From a virus (taxonomy: Duplodnaviria; Caudoviricetes): DNA of 61,891 bases. The translations under genes and the position numbers were made by a program. Below are positions 20,505 through 30,998 of this stretch, in pieces. Where the stretch lies: positions 1-61,891 of IMG/VR virus record IMGVR_UViG_3300044800_000230; one strand, written 5' to 3'. Each line of letters opens with the position of its first letter. Position 1 is the first letter of the stretch. The notes beneath the pieces are model-generated. The model was not told where the DNA came from. It ran no database searches and saw only the letters and a list, made by a program, of their open reading frames with translations.

Positions 20505-20975
20505 ATGGCTCAAGAATTATGGGTTCTTGGAAATACAAGTGCCTGTCCGATGGCATCATCTTCGGAAAGGGCGATCATATCTCTTGTTTCAACAAATAAT
20601 GATATTCCAATCAAGGAATGGTCAGTCTGGTTCGACGGACTTATCAGTTCGGGGGCTCCGGTTAGGGTGACACTTTCCAGATGCACGACAATTGGGAACA
20701 TGACTACTGCAACGGTTTTCTCACAATGTATCAGGAGTGGGTCAACGGGAGCCGTAGGTAGATCGGTAGGACGTGTGGTGGATATGACCAATACATCCTC
20801 TGAACCAGGATCATCGGGGTATCTGGCAAGAAGGTTCGTTCACCCGCAGGTAGGTTATCACGAAAAATTCCCGATGGGTCAGGAACCACATATTATCAAT
20901 GGTCAGGCGGTCTGCATCTTCGTCAGTTCACCCACAACACTCGATTGCTTCGCCGAGATCGTTTTTGAGGAGTAA
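20505..20975 (+). CDS. Hypothetical Ser/Thr-rich structural protein
   Basis: GGAGG RBS; composition and location. Confidence 0.45.
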   Translation: MAQELWVLGNTSACPMASSSERAIISLVSTNNDIPIKEWSVWFDGLISSGAPVRVTLSRCTTIGNMTTATVFSQCIRSGSTGAVGRSVGRVVDMTNTSSEPGSSGYLARRFVHPQVGYHEKFPMGQEPHIINGQAVCIFVSSPTTLDCFAEIVFEE

Positions 20976-21095
20976 TTTATGGAAGAAGAAAAAAAGGAAC
21001 CAGAGGTAGAAGCGATTTTTATTCAACCGCACGATTGTTTTACGACGGTTGTTTTCGATTTTAACACTCAAGAAGATAACAAGGAGGAAAAATAA

Positions 21096-21503
21096 ATGGG
21101 AACAAAAGGATGTTCAACTGGGATAATGGATGCCCTTCTAACGGCTATTTGCACTCCCAACGGGAATTTGAGGATAGTTCTGATGGCTTCATCGGGGGCT
21201 TCATGGCCCATAACAATTGCATCTGCATCTTCAAACTCAACGGGATGCCTTGCACAATCGACTAACGGTGGTTTCCCGACAACGGGTCTTTTCACGATCG
21301 GTTCAACTGGAAATAACAGGTATATAACCATTCCCGCCTGTTCCTGCGACACTATATTGCAGACAGACGTGGCATCCTACGTTGCCTTGATTGATGATTC
21401 ATCCTCGATCCGATATATCACAACCTGCACCACGCAGGCGGTAACTGCGGCAGGGAAAGTCAATATCGGGACTTGGCAAATCACGGTTAATATACCCACC
21501 TAA
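21096..21503 (+). CDS. Hypothetical Ser/Thr-rich structural protein
   Basis: AAGGAGG RBS; QAVTAAGKVNIGTWQI pattern of fibre-associated proteins. Confidence 0.5.
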   Translation: MGTKGCSTGIMDALLTAICTPNGNLRIVLMASSGASWPITIASASSNSTGCLAQSTNGGFPTTGLFTIGSTGNNRYITIPACSCDTILQTDVASYVALIDDSSSIRYITTCTTQAVTAAGKVNIGTWQITVNIPT

Positions 21504-21514
21504 TGGAGGGTTAG

Positions 21515-23425
21515 ATGTTTCGTTGGCCTGTAACAAGGCGAAGACCGTTTTTCGGTAAACTATTGACGGCTGCGGCAATCGCAGGGGCTCTCACAATAAC
21601 CCCTGCGAATTGTTCACAAAGTCAAACTGTTGTCTCTCCAAACGTTCAAGCCAATACAATTTTTCCCTCATCCTGCATTCAGACACAGACATCGACTCTC
21701 CCCACGATTGTTCAGAAAAATATAATATCTCCTGATTCGGCGACTCAATCACAATCGGCGACAAATATTTCTTTTGGAGACCCATCTTGGATAGATTACT
21801 ATCCAGAGAGCAACCAACAAAACGAAGAGTATATTTATGATGCCGATCATTTTGGAGTAGGTCAATCTTTTACTGGCGATGGCAGAACCCTTGACCATGC
21901 CAAATTTTATCTTCGCAAAAATGGACTTCCAACTGGAAATATTTATGTAAAACTTTATATCCATTCTGGAACTTATGGTGTAGATAGCGTCCCTACTGGA
22001 GACCCACTTGCCACTTCTGATCCTGTAGATATTGCTGGATTAACCACAAGTTTTCAGCTTATCGAATTCAATTATTCAATGCCATATACACCAGTTAATG
22101 GGACGCATTATGTTCAGACGGTAGAGTATACTGATTCAGCTGCAGGTAAGAATCTTCGAGTTGGCTCAAATGATCCCAGTGGCCCACCTTATGACAATCC
22201 AACCCACGCTGGAAATGAAAGTTACACTTATACTTATTCACCATTAGTTTGGGGTGTCAGGCATGATATTGATCTAATTTTTTATGCCATTTCGGATCAA
22301 GGGGCAATTTTCACTGTATCTCCTGATTCATGTATCCAATCTCAATCCACCACACAACCCTCTATTAATATTGGTGGGGCCATATCGATAAGTCCTGTTA
22401 GTTGCACGCAGGCACAGGAAGCGACTTCACCTTCGATTGTTCAGAATAACATTCTGACAATTGCGAGTTGTACACAGACTCAAACGGCAACCCTTCCTTC
22501 GATTGTACAGAAGAATATAATAACTCCTAATTCATGTACACAGGCACAAGGGACAACCCTTCCCACTGTCGTTTTTAAAAGTGTTGTTTCGCCTAATTCT
22601 GACACCCAAACCCAAGGAGCGACACTCCCCACGATTGTCCAGACCAATGTCGTTACTCCGAATTCGGCAACGCAGACACAGACTTCTACCCTGCCAAGTG
22701 TCGGGGTAGGGGTTAATATTGTCTCCAATCCGGCGAGTCAGACACAAACGGCGACTCTTCCTTCAATCATCCAGACGAATGTAATAACTCCTGTATCCTG
22801 CGTGCAGATACAAGCGACCAGTTTACCGACGATAATACAGACGAATATTATCTCCCCAAATTCGGCAACCCAAACCCAAGGTGCAACGGTTCCTTCTGTT
22901 GGGGCAGGAATGACTGTTTCACCGAATAGTGCCACGCAGACCCAAACAGTAACCCAGCCGACAATCGTTCAAAAGAATGTAATCATTCCCAACTCAGCGA
23001 CACAGGTTCAGACGGCGACATCCCCTGCAGTTGGTTCGGCAGTAATAATCACGCCTAACAATTGCACACAGGCACAGATTGAAACATCTCCGATGGTTGT
23101 ATATGTGGCCATTATTACCCCAAATAATGATTCACAATCTCAAATCGCTACATCTCCAACCCTTACAATAACACCTTTTATCCAGCCAAATAATTGCACC
23201 CAAACGCAGATAGCAACATCCGTTGTTAGTCTGGGTGCCTTAATCCCAAATAGTGCAACACAGGGGCAAACGGCGACATCACCCCTTGTAATTTCTGGGA
23301 TGGCGGTGATCATTGATTTCGTTTCAAATACCATGGATTCGATGGCGATGGCAAAAGATGTTGAATATTCGCACACGGCAAAAAAGAATAATTATCTTTT
23401 TAGAACGAAACCAGAGGAGACCTAA
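21515..23425 (+). CDS. Fibre-like protein with ~18 Thr/Ser/Gln-rich 22-aa repeats and an inserted globular domain
   Basis: Repeat consensus IITPNSATQTQTATLPTIVQTN; non-repetitive domain at about 21780-22300. Confidence 0.75.
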   Translation: MFRWPVTRRRPFFGKLLTAAAIAGALTITPANCSQSQTVVSPNVQANTIFPSSCIQTQTSTLPTIVQKNIISPDSATQSQSATNISFGDPSWIDYYPESNQQNEEYIYDADHFGVGQSFTGDGRTLDHAKFYLRKNGLPTGNIYVKLYIHSGTYGVDSVPTGDPLATSDPVDIAGLTTSFQLIEFNYSMPYTPVNGTHYVQTVEYTDSAAGKNLRVGSNDPSGPPYDNPTHAGNESYTYTYSPLVWGVRHDIDLIFYAISDQGAIFTVSPDSCIQSQSTTQPSINIGGAISISPVSCTQAQEATSPSIVQNNILTIASCTQTQTATLPSIVQKNIITPNSCTQAQGTTLPTVVFKSVVSPNSDTQTQGATLPTIVQTNVVTPNSATQTQTSTLPSVGVGVNIVSNPASQTQTATLPSIIQTNVITPVSCVQIQATSLPTIIQTNIISPNSATQTQGATVPSVGAGMTVSPNSATQTQTVTQPTIVQKNVIIPNSATQVQTATSPAVGSAVIITPNNCTQAQIETSPMVVYVAIITPNNDSQSQIATSPTLTITPFIQPNNCTQTQIATSVVSLGALIPNSATQGQTATSPLVISGMAVIIDFVSNTMDSMAMAKDVEYSHTAKKNNYLFRTKPEET

Positions 23426-23787
23426 TGCCAGATTTTCAAGGAACCAAAACAGTCATCTTGCAACCTGGGGATGTGAAAGTCCCATATGGATTCCAATGGA
23501 CGGTCTGCTCCTGTTCTACAGGGAATGACGGGTCTATCCCATTCGGACATTCAATTTCAACTGGTGTGACAACCGCCCATAGGGAAGATGGTGTCTCGAT
23601 GTCAACGGCGATAGTAGCCGGTTCAAGTTGGACAGGGAATGTGGCAACAATCCTTCTTTCCTTTCCTTCTTCAACGGGTGCCTTGTCAGGGAAATACCAT
23701 CTTACCTTCACGGCAACGATCTCTGACGGGACTACGACCTATTCGAAGGAATTTGACTTCAATCGAATTATGGTGAGGAACCTATGA
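23425..23787 (+). CDS. Ig-like/beta-sandwich head-associated protein
   Basis: S/T-rich beta pattern, GKYHLTFTAT; coupled to neighbouring genes. Confidence 0.45.
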   Translation: MPDFQGTKTVILQPGDVKVPYGFQWTVCSCSTGNDGSIPFGHSISTGVTTAHREDGVSMSTAIVAGSSWTGNVATILLSFPSSTGALSGKYHLTFTATISDGTTTYSKEFDFNRIMVRNL

Positions 23788-24368
23788 AAATAATAACTTC
23801 TGTCTCATCCACCGATGAACCAATTAAATTAGAAGAGGCAAAGAGTCACCTTAGAGTTGACATCAATGATGATGATAACCTGATCCAAAATCTCATCAAG
23901 GTGGCGAGGGAAAATGCTGAGAATTGGATGGCGAGGGCATTACTCCCACAGACAAAGATTTTATACCTTGATGGGTGGCCTGATAAACTCTTCATCAAAG
24001 TCCCGTTCCCGCCATTGATCTCTGTTACCTCAGTGACATACACGGATTACAATTTTGTGGTTTATCCTCTTTCTACGTCGGTCTATACCGTGGATTCGGT
24101 GAGTATTCCTGGGAGGGTAATATTGAATTGGGGTGTAATCTGGCCAATCACTATGTTATGTCGAAATAACCCTATTGCCATCACCTTCACATGCGGTTAT
24201 TCAGATGTGAGTTCAATTCCTGAATCGATCAAGCAGGGAATGAAGATCGATATTGCCGATATGTATGAGCAGAGAGAACCAAGGGTTCTCGGTGGTGGGA
24301 CAATGGTTCAGATACCGATTTTGGAACGACTCTATTCGGGTTACACCGATTGGACATGGAAAATATGA
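23784..24368 (+). CDS. Head-tail connector (HK97 gp6/phiE125 gp8-like)
   Basis: EPIKLEEAKSHLRVD..DDNLI, RALLPQT, IPESIKQ..MYEQRE. Confidence 0.88.
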   Translation: MKIITSVSSTDEPIKLEEAKSHLRVDINDDDNLIQNLIKVARENAENWMARALLPQTKILYLDGWPDKLFIKVPFPPLISVTSVTYTDYNFVVYPLSTSVYTVDSVSIPGRVILNWGVIWPITMLCRNNPIAITFTCGYSDVSSIPESIKQGMKIDIADMYEQREPRVLGGGTMVQIPILERLYSGYTDWTWKI

Positions 24369-24691
24369 GAGCAGGGCAGTTGAGGCATAGACTTGATCTT
24401 CAAACGAAGGTGCCAACCCGTGGGAGTTTCGGAGAGGAGATTCTTACATGGAAGACGCAGGTTACCGTCTGGGGGTCTGTCGAGTCACTCTCTGGACGGG
24501 AATATCTTCAGGCTCAGGCGAATCAATTACAATCAGAAGTCACACACCAGATCAGACTCCGTTATTACAAAGGGTTGAGACCAGATTGGAGAATTAAGTT
24601 CGGGTCGAGAATCTTTGATATTCTTTCAGGTCTGAATCCCGATGAAAGAAATAAAGAACTTCTCTTAATGGCTCGTGAATTCGTGACATAA
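24365..24691 (+). CDS. Head closure protein (SPP1 gp16-like)
   Basis: MRAGQLRHR..VWGSV..LSGREY..IRLRY. Confidence 0.88.
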   Translation: MRAGQLRHRLDLQTKVPTRGSFGEEILTWKTQVTVWGSVESLSGREYLQAQANQLQSEVTHQIRLRYYKGLRPDWRIKFGSRIFDILSGLNPDERNKELLLMAREFVT

Positions 24692-24692
24692 C

Positions 24693-25259
24693 ATGCACTT
24701 CGATACAGGGTCAGGACACAATTTTATCACCATAGAATTACAGGGATTCAAGGCACTTGAAAATTGTTTGAGGGAACTGCCTGAAAAACTTGCCAAGAAA
24801 TATCTTGATAATGCGATAAAGGAAGGTCTCAAGATCGTTAAGCAATCAGAACAGGCACTTGCCCAGAAAGGAACACAACCCCACAAATGGCCAGGTCATC
24901 TTGCTACAAGTATCGAGATATATAAAACAAAACCCGGATCTTGGCCTTCAGGTGCTACGACGGCCTTTAGCGTGAAACCAATAAAGAAAAAAGGCGGGGG
25001 GTTTGCAATGATTATCGAATACGGGACAAAACCCCACTCTCTTGCACCAGTAAAGAAAAAGGCATTGGCATGGCAGGGGATCGTGAGAGAATGGGCGCAC
25101 CATCCAGGTTCAAGAAAATTTCCTTTCCTTGTCCCTTCTTGGGAACCAAATCTTGAATATATAATGGCAAGGATTGGAAATGTCCTCGCTGAAAATATAT
25201 ATGAGGAAACTGGAACATATAATTTTCAGGATAAATGGGTCAAGACGATAACTTGGTGA
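24693..25259 (+). CDS. HK97 gp10-family tail completion protein
   Basis: IEYGT, HPGS..PFLVPS; position in the neck cluster. Confidence 0.8.
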   Translation: MHFDTGSGHNFITIELQGFKALENCLRELPEKLAKKYLDNAIKEGLKIVKQSEQALAQKGTQPHKWPGHLATSIEIYKTKPGSWPSGATTAFSVKPIKKKGGGFAMIIEYGTKPHSLAPVKKKALAWQGIVREWAHHPGSRKFPFLVPSWEPNLEYIMARIGNVLAENIYEETGTYNFQDKWVKTITW

Positions 25260-25263
25260 TGAT

Positions 25264-25665
25264 ATGGATGCGGTAGAGGAGGTTTTTTATTCGGTTCTTT
25301 CAGGCACAGCGGCAATAACGGGCCTCGTTTCGACAAGGATATACCCGAAAATTCTTCCAGAGGACCAAGTCTATCCTGCTATTGTCTTTACTCGCACTGG
25401 GACGGAGGATTATACCTGTATTGGAGGAAAAATTCTCAAAATTGGAAAAGCAACTATAAATGTGGTCGTCCTCTCGACGAGTATTGCCATGGAAGGAACA
25501 ATCGAGAGGGCGGTTAGAGATACACTAATAAACATCCATGGTCTCTATGGGAACGTGGAAGTTAAACAGGTCGATCACGAATCGGGGCCAGCCTCGTCTT
25601 ATGATCCAGTTCTGGATGTCCAGATAACGACGTTGGATTTCTCGGTTCTGTATGAAGACCAATAA
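25264..25665 (+). CDS. Tail terminator (DUF3168-like)
   Basis: LVSTRIYP..LP..YPAIVF; position. Confidence 0.75.
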   Translation: MDAVEEVFYSVLSGTAAITGLVSTRIYPKILPEDQVYPAIVFTRTGTEDYTCIGGKILKIGKATINVVVLSTSIAMEGTIERAVRDTLINIHGLYGNVEVKQVDHESGPASSYDPVLDVQITTLDFSVLYEDQ

Positions 25666-25676
25666 AGGAGAAGAAA

Positions 25677-26156
25677 ATGGGAATAGTAAGCGGAAGATTA
25701 GCAAGTGTCAGAATGGGGTCAAGTGGAATCGACTATATTGGAAAGTGGACAATTAACGTCAGCAACGACACCGTGGAGGCCGTCCCCTTTGGCTCCTTTT
25801 GGGCTTTGTCAATGCCCGTGGGAATGAAGTGGAGCGGATCAGTAGAAGGTTGGTTTGATGCTTCAACTACAGGTGGAGTTCAATCAACTATGTGGACTGC
25901 CATTCTCTCTGCTGTCAAGGTGCAGGATCTCAGATTTTATGTTGGTGGTTCAACATCAGGGATGTTCTACATGCCCCAATATACGACCTGTGGAGTAACC
26001 ACGGCCGGAAATCTTGATGCAGGAGCCTATCTTGGGAATTTCAAACACACAATCGGGGCGAAGGAACTTGGAACCATCAGTTTTGATGTTATGGGCTATA
26101 AGGGTATCGGGTTATTTTCAGCAACATCGGTGCTTATTGCCGAATCAACTGGTTAA
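25677..26156 (+). CDS. Major tail tube protein
   Basis: Position before chaperone and tape measure; WSGSVEGWFD. Confidence 0.7.
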   Translation: MGIVSGRLASVRMGSSGIDYIGKWTINVSNDTVEAVPFGSFWALSMPVGMKWSGSVEGWFDASTTGGVQSTMWTAILSAVKVQDLRFYVGGSTSGMFYMPQYTTCGVTTAGNLDAGAYLGNFKHTIGAKELGTISFDVMGYKGIGLFSATSVLIAESTG

Positions 26157-26171
26157 TAGAAAGGATAATTT

Positions 26172-26585
26172 ATGCTGAATTTGAAAAGGTTTAATGAGGG
26201 TACATGGTGTGATGTGCCGGAGGAGATATGTTCTGACGGGGTTTCTTTTAAAATCAGACCTCTCCATGGGAAGCAATACATGACTATAAGGGAATCCTGT
26301 AAGAAGGGGAAGATTGCGGTCATGGAGCCAGATGGGAAAATCCAGATCGTGGATGATTATGATGAGGCGAAAATCTTCTGGTTCACATTCTCGCATCTGC
26401 TTGAGGCCTGGAAAGGAATCACGATTCCCGGGGCAAAGGATGATGAGGAGATAAGGGAAGAGATATTCAACCGCCCCAAATTCCGGGATTTCATCAATGA
26501 AATGGCCGCCAAACTTCTTGTCGGGGAGGAAAAGGCTTTTGAGGAGGAGTTAAAAAACTCCGTGCGCTCGCAGAATGGGTCGTAG
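26172..26585 (+). CDS. Tail assembly chaperone (gpG-like)
   Basis: Between tail tube and tape measure; ends with slippery LKN codons. Confidence 0.75.
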   Translation: MLNLKRFNEGTWCDVPEEICSDGVSFKIRPLHGKQYMTIRESCKKGKIAVMEPDGKIQIVDDYDEAKIFWFTFSHLLEAWKGITIPGAKDDEEIREEIFNRPKFRDFINEMAAKLLVGEEKAFEEELKNSVRSQNGS

Positions 26586-26899
26586 GGCAGGAGGAATTAT
26601 CTTGCGATGAATGTCGTGAGAAATATATTGCTCTTAAAAAATCCCCACCATGCGAGCGCTGTTGGCCTGGGGTGAATGAAAAGAATGTTGAAGTATGGGA
26701 AGTCTATCAGGCGGCGAGAATGGATGAAATGGGAATAACGGTTTCAAGTATCCTCTCTCTTTGCAGGGAATTTGGGGTTAAAGACCCAGAAGAATGCATT
26801 CTTAAAATTAGAGAGATTGTCGGAGAATGTCACAAAGTTAGGAACAGGAATAAGGATACGAAAGGCGAAGGAGCATTAAAGGGAGTGTTAAATGGGTAA
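26552..26899 (+). CDS. -1 frameshift extension of the chaperone (gpGT-like)
   Basis: In-frame A AAA AAC heptamer at 26552-26558; the -1 frame is open and continuous with ORF 26672-26899. Confidence 0.75.
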   Translation, partial: KKLRALAEWVVGQEELSCDECREKYIALKKSPPCERCWPGVNEKNVEVWEVYQAARMDEMGITVSSILSLCREFGVKDPEECILKIREIVGECHKVRNRNKDTKGEGALKGVLNG

Positions 26900-27027
26900 A
26901 GAGAGATGAAAAAATGAATCCAATATTACTTCAAATAGTAGGAATTGCAACTTTTTATTTAATCATTATTGGGGGCCTATATTTAATAGGCCATACATGA
27001 TTCTTGGCATCATAAAGGAAGAATAAA

Positions 27028-29427
27028 ATGCCACAGGTAATGTTTACCGTTGGGGCTGAAACGGCGAGTTTCCAGAGAAATATGAAGGCGGCAGCCGATT
27101 CAGTCAAGGGAATACAGGGTGCTATTGAATATATAAAATGGGATGCCTTTACCAATTTGGCTCAGAAAGCAGCATCAACTGTTCAACAGGTATTTTCGGT
27201 ACTTGAAAAGGCATCAGAAGGTCTGCAACTTGAAAAAACTTTCTACGCAATGGCCAATGCAGCGGGAGTTTCAGGTGCCGCTTTTTTGGATTCGATGAAT
27301 AAGACTGCTCAAGGAACAATTTCTGATATGGCCTTAATGACAGGGGCAATAGAAGGATTAAGGGGGCATTTGAGTCCTGATATGATTGAAAAGTTGACTG
27401 CCGCTTCTCTGACTTTTGCGGCCGCCACAGGAGTAACTACCAAACAGGCATTTGAAGGATTGATGAATGCTATTGAAACCGGAAGATTGCGATCACTTGG
27501 AGCTTTAGGCGAGAATTTTAAAGAACTTAATATTCAATTAGTGAATTATGCCACGGCCTTGGGTTTAAATTCTGTTCAAGAATTAACGGCGGCACAAACA
27601 GCCGCGGCCCTATACCAAATATCTCTCCAACTGGCTAAAGGTTTACAAGCCTCAAATGTAGCCCTTACTGACCAATTCATTGCAATTCAACAAGCCAAGG
27701 CTGCATGGGATAACTTTTTTACATTTTTACAGAAAGTGGCTCTTGGTGCATGGGCAGGGATTACTGCTGCATTTTGGAGAGGTGTGGGAGTTATCCAAAA
27801 TACCGTTGCTGCATTAATGGATGTGGTGGGTCAAGCCTTTGGGTTAGTCTCAACACTTCCAGGGTTAGATTTTTTAAAAGAATATCAAGGTGCTGCGGAA
27901 CAGGGAAGAGATAAAATTCTTGCTTTAGCCAAGGCGAATAATGAATATGCTAAAAGTCTTGAAAAGACAGGACCAGCTTTATTCAATGTAACAGATATTG
28001 CTGGAAGGGGAACACCACTCCCTTCATTGCCAGGTAAAACTCCCCCCCCACAAAATATTGCTGGATTAACCAAGGATTGGATTGCAGAGGAAAAGAAACT
28101 ATATGATGCAGATATAGCAAACCTCAAGGCATATGCTGAATTGGCGAAAACCGAAACCGAAAGGGCATTGTCTGAATTAGATGTGATGAGGGCACAACAT
28201 CTTGTAACGGAAGAAGATTATATAACCCAAAAAGCCAATACCGAACAGGAAGGCACGGCTAAACTTCAAAAATTATTGGAAGATGAAAAAATAACCACTA
28301 CAACTTCCTATGGTTGGATGGAAAGTACACTCCGTGATTCAATATCGAAACTTCAAGGTTCAAATACAAAAAAATTAGAAGAAACTAAAAGAATTAATAT
28401 TCAAATTGTAGGTCTTGAAGATGATAAACAGAAACGATTGTCTGATTTGGACAAACAAGGATATGCCTTGCGAGAACAAGGATTAAAATCATCTGATCAA
28501 AAAGTAATATCCGAAACTCAAATGACTGATGCCGTTTTGGTGGCATCACATCAAACCACCTATAATAAATTACAGGCTCAACTTGAAGGTGAAACTAAAC
28601 TGGCACAGGCAAGGGCCTCAGCAGGTGAAATCAGACCTGGGGAAGCAGCAACAGTTGAATACCAGAATCAATTAAAACTTCTTGATGCTCAAAAAGATAC
28701 TTTGGAAACCCAACTTTATATAGCAAAAAGTCGAGAAGAAGAAGTTAATCTCGAAAGTCAACTTGAGATTATTGAAATGAGAAGAAATGCCTTGATAAAA
28801 GAGATGGCAGTAACCCTCAAATCTGAAACTTTTCCGGCTTATCAGGGACTAATCGATGGTTTCAAAAAATATACGGTTGATTTGGGAACCGGATATACCC
28901 AGATGGAGAATTTGGCTAAAGGATGCGCATCTGGAATGGAAAGTGCTTTCACGGGGTTCTTCAGCAACATTTTTGATAAAAGCACTACATTTTCAGACAA
29001 GATGAAAAAGCTCTTCCAGGATATGGGACAGGCAATTATCAATGAGTTGATGAAGGCCTTGGTAGTAAAACCCTTAGTGGGAAGTTTAACGGGTGGGGGA
29101 ACTGGTATATGGGGAAGTCTTCTTAGTTCTATTTTTGGTAGTAAAGGTGGCGGTTCTTATGGATTTGGCGAAGCGAATGTTCTTTCGATGGGTACGCAAT
29201 ATCAGCACGGAACTTCATATGTTCCCCAAACAGGACCAGCCATATTGCATAAAGGGGAGGCCGTTATCCCAGCTAATCGAAATAGGGGAGGGGGGGATGT
29301 AAACACAACCAATGTCTTCATCCAGGCCACGGATGTCAATAGTTTTCAACGGCTTTACGGCCCCACAATAGAATCAATTTATTTTGGAGGCAAAAGATTT
29401 AATAAAGTTGCAATGCGAAATCAATAA
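27028..29427 (+). CDS. Tape measure protein
   Basis: 799 aa Ala-rich helical protein; C-terminal GTSYVP..AILHKGEAVIP motif. Confidence 0.9.
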   Translation: MPQVMFTVGAETASFQRNMKAAADSVKGIQGAIEYIKWDAFTNLAQKAASTVQQVFSVLEKASEGLQLEKTFYAMANAAGVSGAAFLDSMNKTAQGTISDMALMTGAIEGLRGHLSPDMIEKLTAASLTFAAATGVTTKQAFEGLMNAIETGRLRSLGALGENFKELNIQLVNYATALGLNSVQELTAAQTAAALYQISLQLAKGLQASNVALTDQFIAIQQAKAAWDNFFTFLQKVALGAWAGITAAFWRGVGVIQNTVAALMDVVGQAFGLVSTLPGLDFLKEYQGAAEQGRDKILALAKANNEYAKSLEKTGPALFNVTDIAGRGTPLPSLPGKTPPPQNIAGLTKDWIAEEKKLYDADIANLKAYAELAKTETERALSELDVMRAQHLVTEEDYITQKANTEQEGTAKLQKLLEDEKITTTTSYGWMESTLRDSISKLQGSNTKKLEETKRINIQIVGLEDDKQKRLSDLDKQGYALREQGLKSSDQKVISETQMTDAVLVASHQTTYNKLQAQLEGETKLAQARASAGEIRPGEAATVEYQNQLKLLDAQKDTLETQLYIAKSREEEVNLESQLEIIEMRRNALIKEMAVTLKSETFPAYQGLIDGFKKYTVDLGTGYTQMENLAKGCASGMESAFTGFFSNIFDKSTTFSDKMKKLFQDMGQAIINELMKALVVKPLVGSLTGGGTGIWGSLLSSIFGSKGGGSYGFGEANVLSMGTQYQHGTSYVPQTGPAILHKGEAVIPANRNRGGGDVNTTNVFIQATDVNSFQRLYGPTIESIYFGGKRFNKVAMRNQ

Positions 29428-29438
29428 AGGAGTAAAGA

Positions 29439-29783
29439 ATGGATACTTATCCTACCTCACCTGTACCAACCTATTCATATACTAAACAAATAGGATATAA
29501 AACTTTGGTCTCTGCATTTGAAAATGGAGTAGAGCAAAGACGAAATAAATGGGGACAGGGGAAATTAACTTTCACCCTGACCTATGCTTATCTTTCGACT
29601 TCCGATGTGACGACACTCTACAATTTCTATGTTTCAGAGAAAGGTTCATTTACCACTTTCCTTTTTAATGACCTAAGTTCAACCTCGGCTTATACGGTGA
29701 GGTTTGTGGACGATAATCTATCTCTTGAACAATTTGCTAAAAATGTTTCAAGGACCGGACTAAAAATGATTCAAGTTCTTTAA
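29439..29783 (+). CDS. Distal tail protein (lambda gpM/DUF2460-like)
   Basis: FENGVEQRR..W..FTLTY, VRF; follows the tape measure gene. Confidence 0.75.
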   Translation: MDTYPTSPVPTYSYTKQIGYKTLVSAFENGVEQRRNKWGQGKLTFTLTYAYLSTSDVTTLYNFYVSEKGSFTTFLFNDLSSTSAYTVRFVDDNLSLEQFAKNVSRTGLKMIQVL

Positions 29784-29794
29784 GGAGAATCTAT

Positions 29795-30955
29795 ATGGGA
29801 ATAACCACAAACTTTAGTTGGGATTACGGTACACAAAATCAAACCCCTTGGTGGACGGTCTGGACAGGAGTCATCCAGGACATCGATACCGAACTCTATG
29901 GAGTCAAACTAAAAACCAATGCCTGGGTTGATGTCCGTTCCTTTGGTGCTTCCCCATCTGCCTCGGCAACGGTAAATACGGCAGCAATCCAGGCTGCCGT
30001 TAACTCTTTAAGTGGGAATCCTGGGATTATTGTATTACCAGAAATATATCCTACAAATGACACAATAACGGTAAGTAATCATAGACAATATATCATTTCA
30101 TTGGGTAGATGGGTAGGGGGAATTGTTTTCAATCCGACAGCCCATGACAAACCAGCAATTAGGTTTCAAAAATCTACAGCCGTTCCAATAGTTCAGAATG
30201 GCATCCGTGACCTTGTTATCATGTCTTCCGATACAACATATCGAAAGATAGGGATTGACCTGGTAGATGTAAGTGAGTTTAGTTGGAATGATGTAGCAAT
30301 TTCTCAGATGGTAGATTCTTCATATTCAAGTATCGGGTTAAGATTTAAGGGAAGAGATACTTCAAGTTTTATTAATCCCCATATAGTCGCTGATATTCCC
30401 GTTAGGGTCAGTAAAAATCCCAATATTTCTACCATTGATATAGATTGTACCAATTTCCACAACACTTATTTTGTCGCCACAAGCACTAATCCTAACTTTT
30501 TGATAGATGATGGGTGTTATTTATCTAATCTTAGTTTTACCGGTTCAAATATCTGGGCAGCGGGGGGGCATGGATTTTATTATTCAGATACCACAACGGC
30601 GGGTCAAATGTATAATTTATCCATTGACAATTTGAGGTGGGAACAATCAACTAATGCCACCGGATATATTGTTTATTCTTCTTCTGCTTATTGGATTCAA
30701 AATGTAAAACTCCGGGGAGTACATGGAGGGGGTTCAAATAGAGGATTTTATTTTAGGCGTGCAGGTCATCTGACACTTGAAAACGTGGGTTATTTTGGCT
30801 CAGGAGTTGCCTTAGATGTGACGGAAGTGGGTGGTCCAATAATTATTAATAATTTTTATAATCCATCTGGCTCGATTTCCACTGGTTCACTTACACTAAC
30901 AGAAACTATCTCTGGTGGTTCTGGAAATTCAATAGTAAGGGCACTTTGGAAATAG
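29795..30955 (+). CDS. Tailspike/receptor-binding protein, pectate-lyase-like beta-helix
   Basis: VDVRSFGA...NTAAIQAAVN followed by Asn/Ile-rich beta-helix rungs. Confidence 0.75.
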   Translation: MGITTNFSWDYGTQNQTPWWTVWTGVIQDIDTELYGVKLKTNAWVDVRSFGASPSASATVNTAAIQAAVNSLSGNPGIIVLPEIYPTNDTITVSNHRQYIISLGRWVGGIVFNPTAHDKPAIRFQKSTAVPIVQNGIRDLVIMSSDTTYRKIGIDLVDVSEFSWNDVAISQMVDSSYSSIGLRFKGRDTSSFINPHIVADIPVRVSKNPNISTIDIDCTNFHNTYFVATSTNPNFLIDDGCYLSNLSFTGSNIWAAGGHGFYYSDTTTAGQMYNLSIDNLRWEQSTNATGYIVYSSSAYWIQNVKLRGVHGGGSNRGFYFRRAGHLTLENVGYFGSGVALDVTEVGGPIIINNFYNPSGSISTGSLTLTETISGGSGNSIVRALWK

Positions 30956-30998
30956 TAGGAGAAACAAATGTCATTAATTTGCACAAGTTAGGAGAGAA

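Noticed and set aside
20326-30990. AATTTGCACAAGTTA at 20326 and 30976
   Set aside because: Isolated 15-mer, one copy in coding sequence, with no shared context; chance cannot be excluded.
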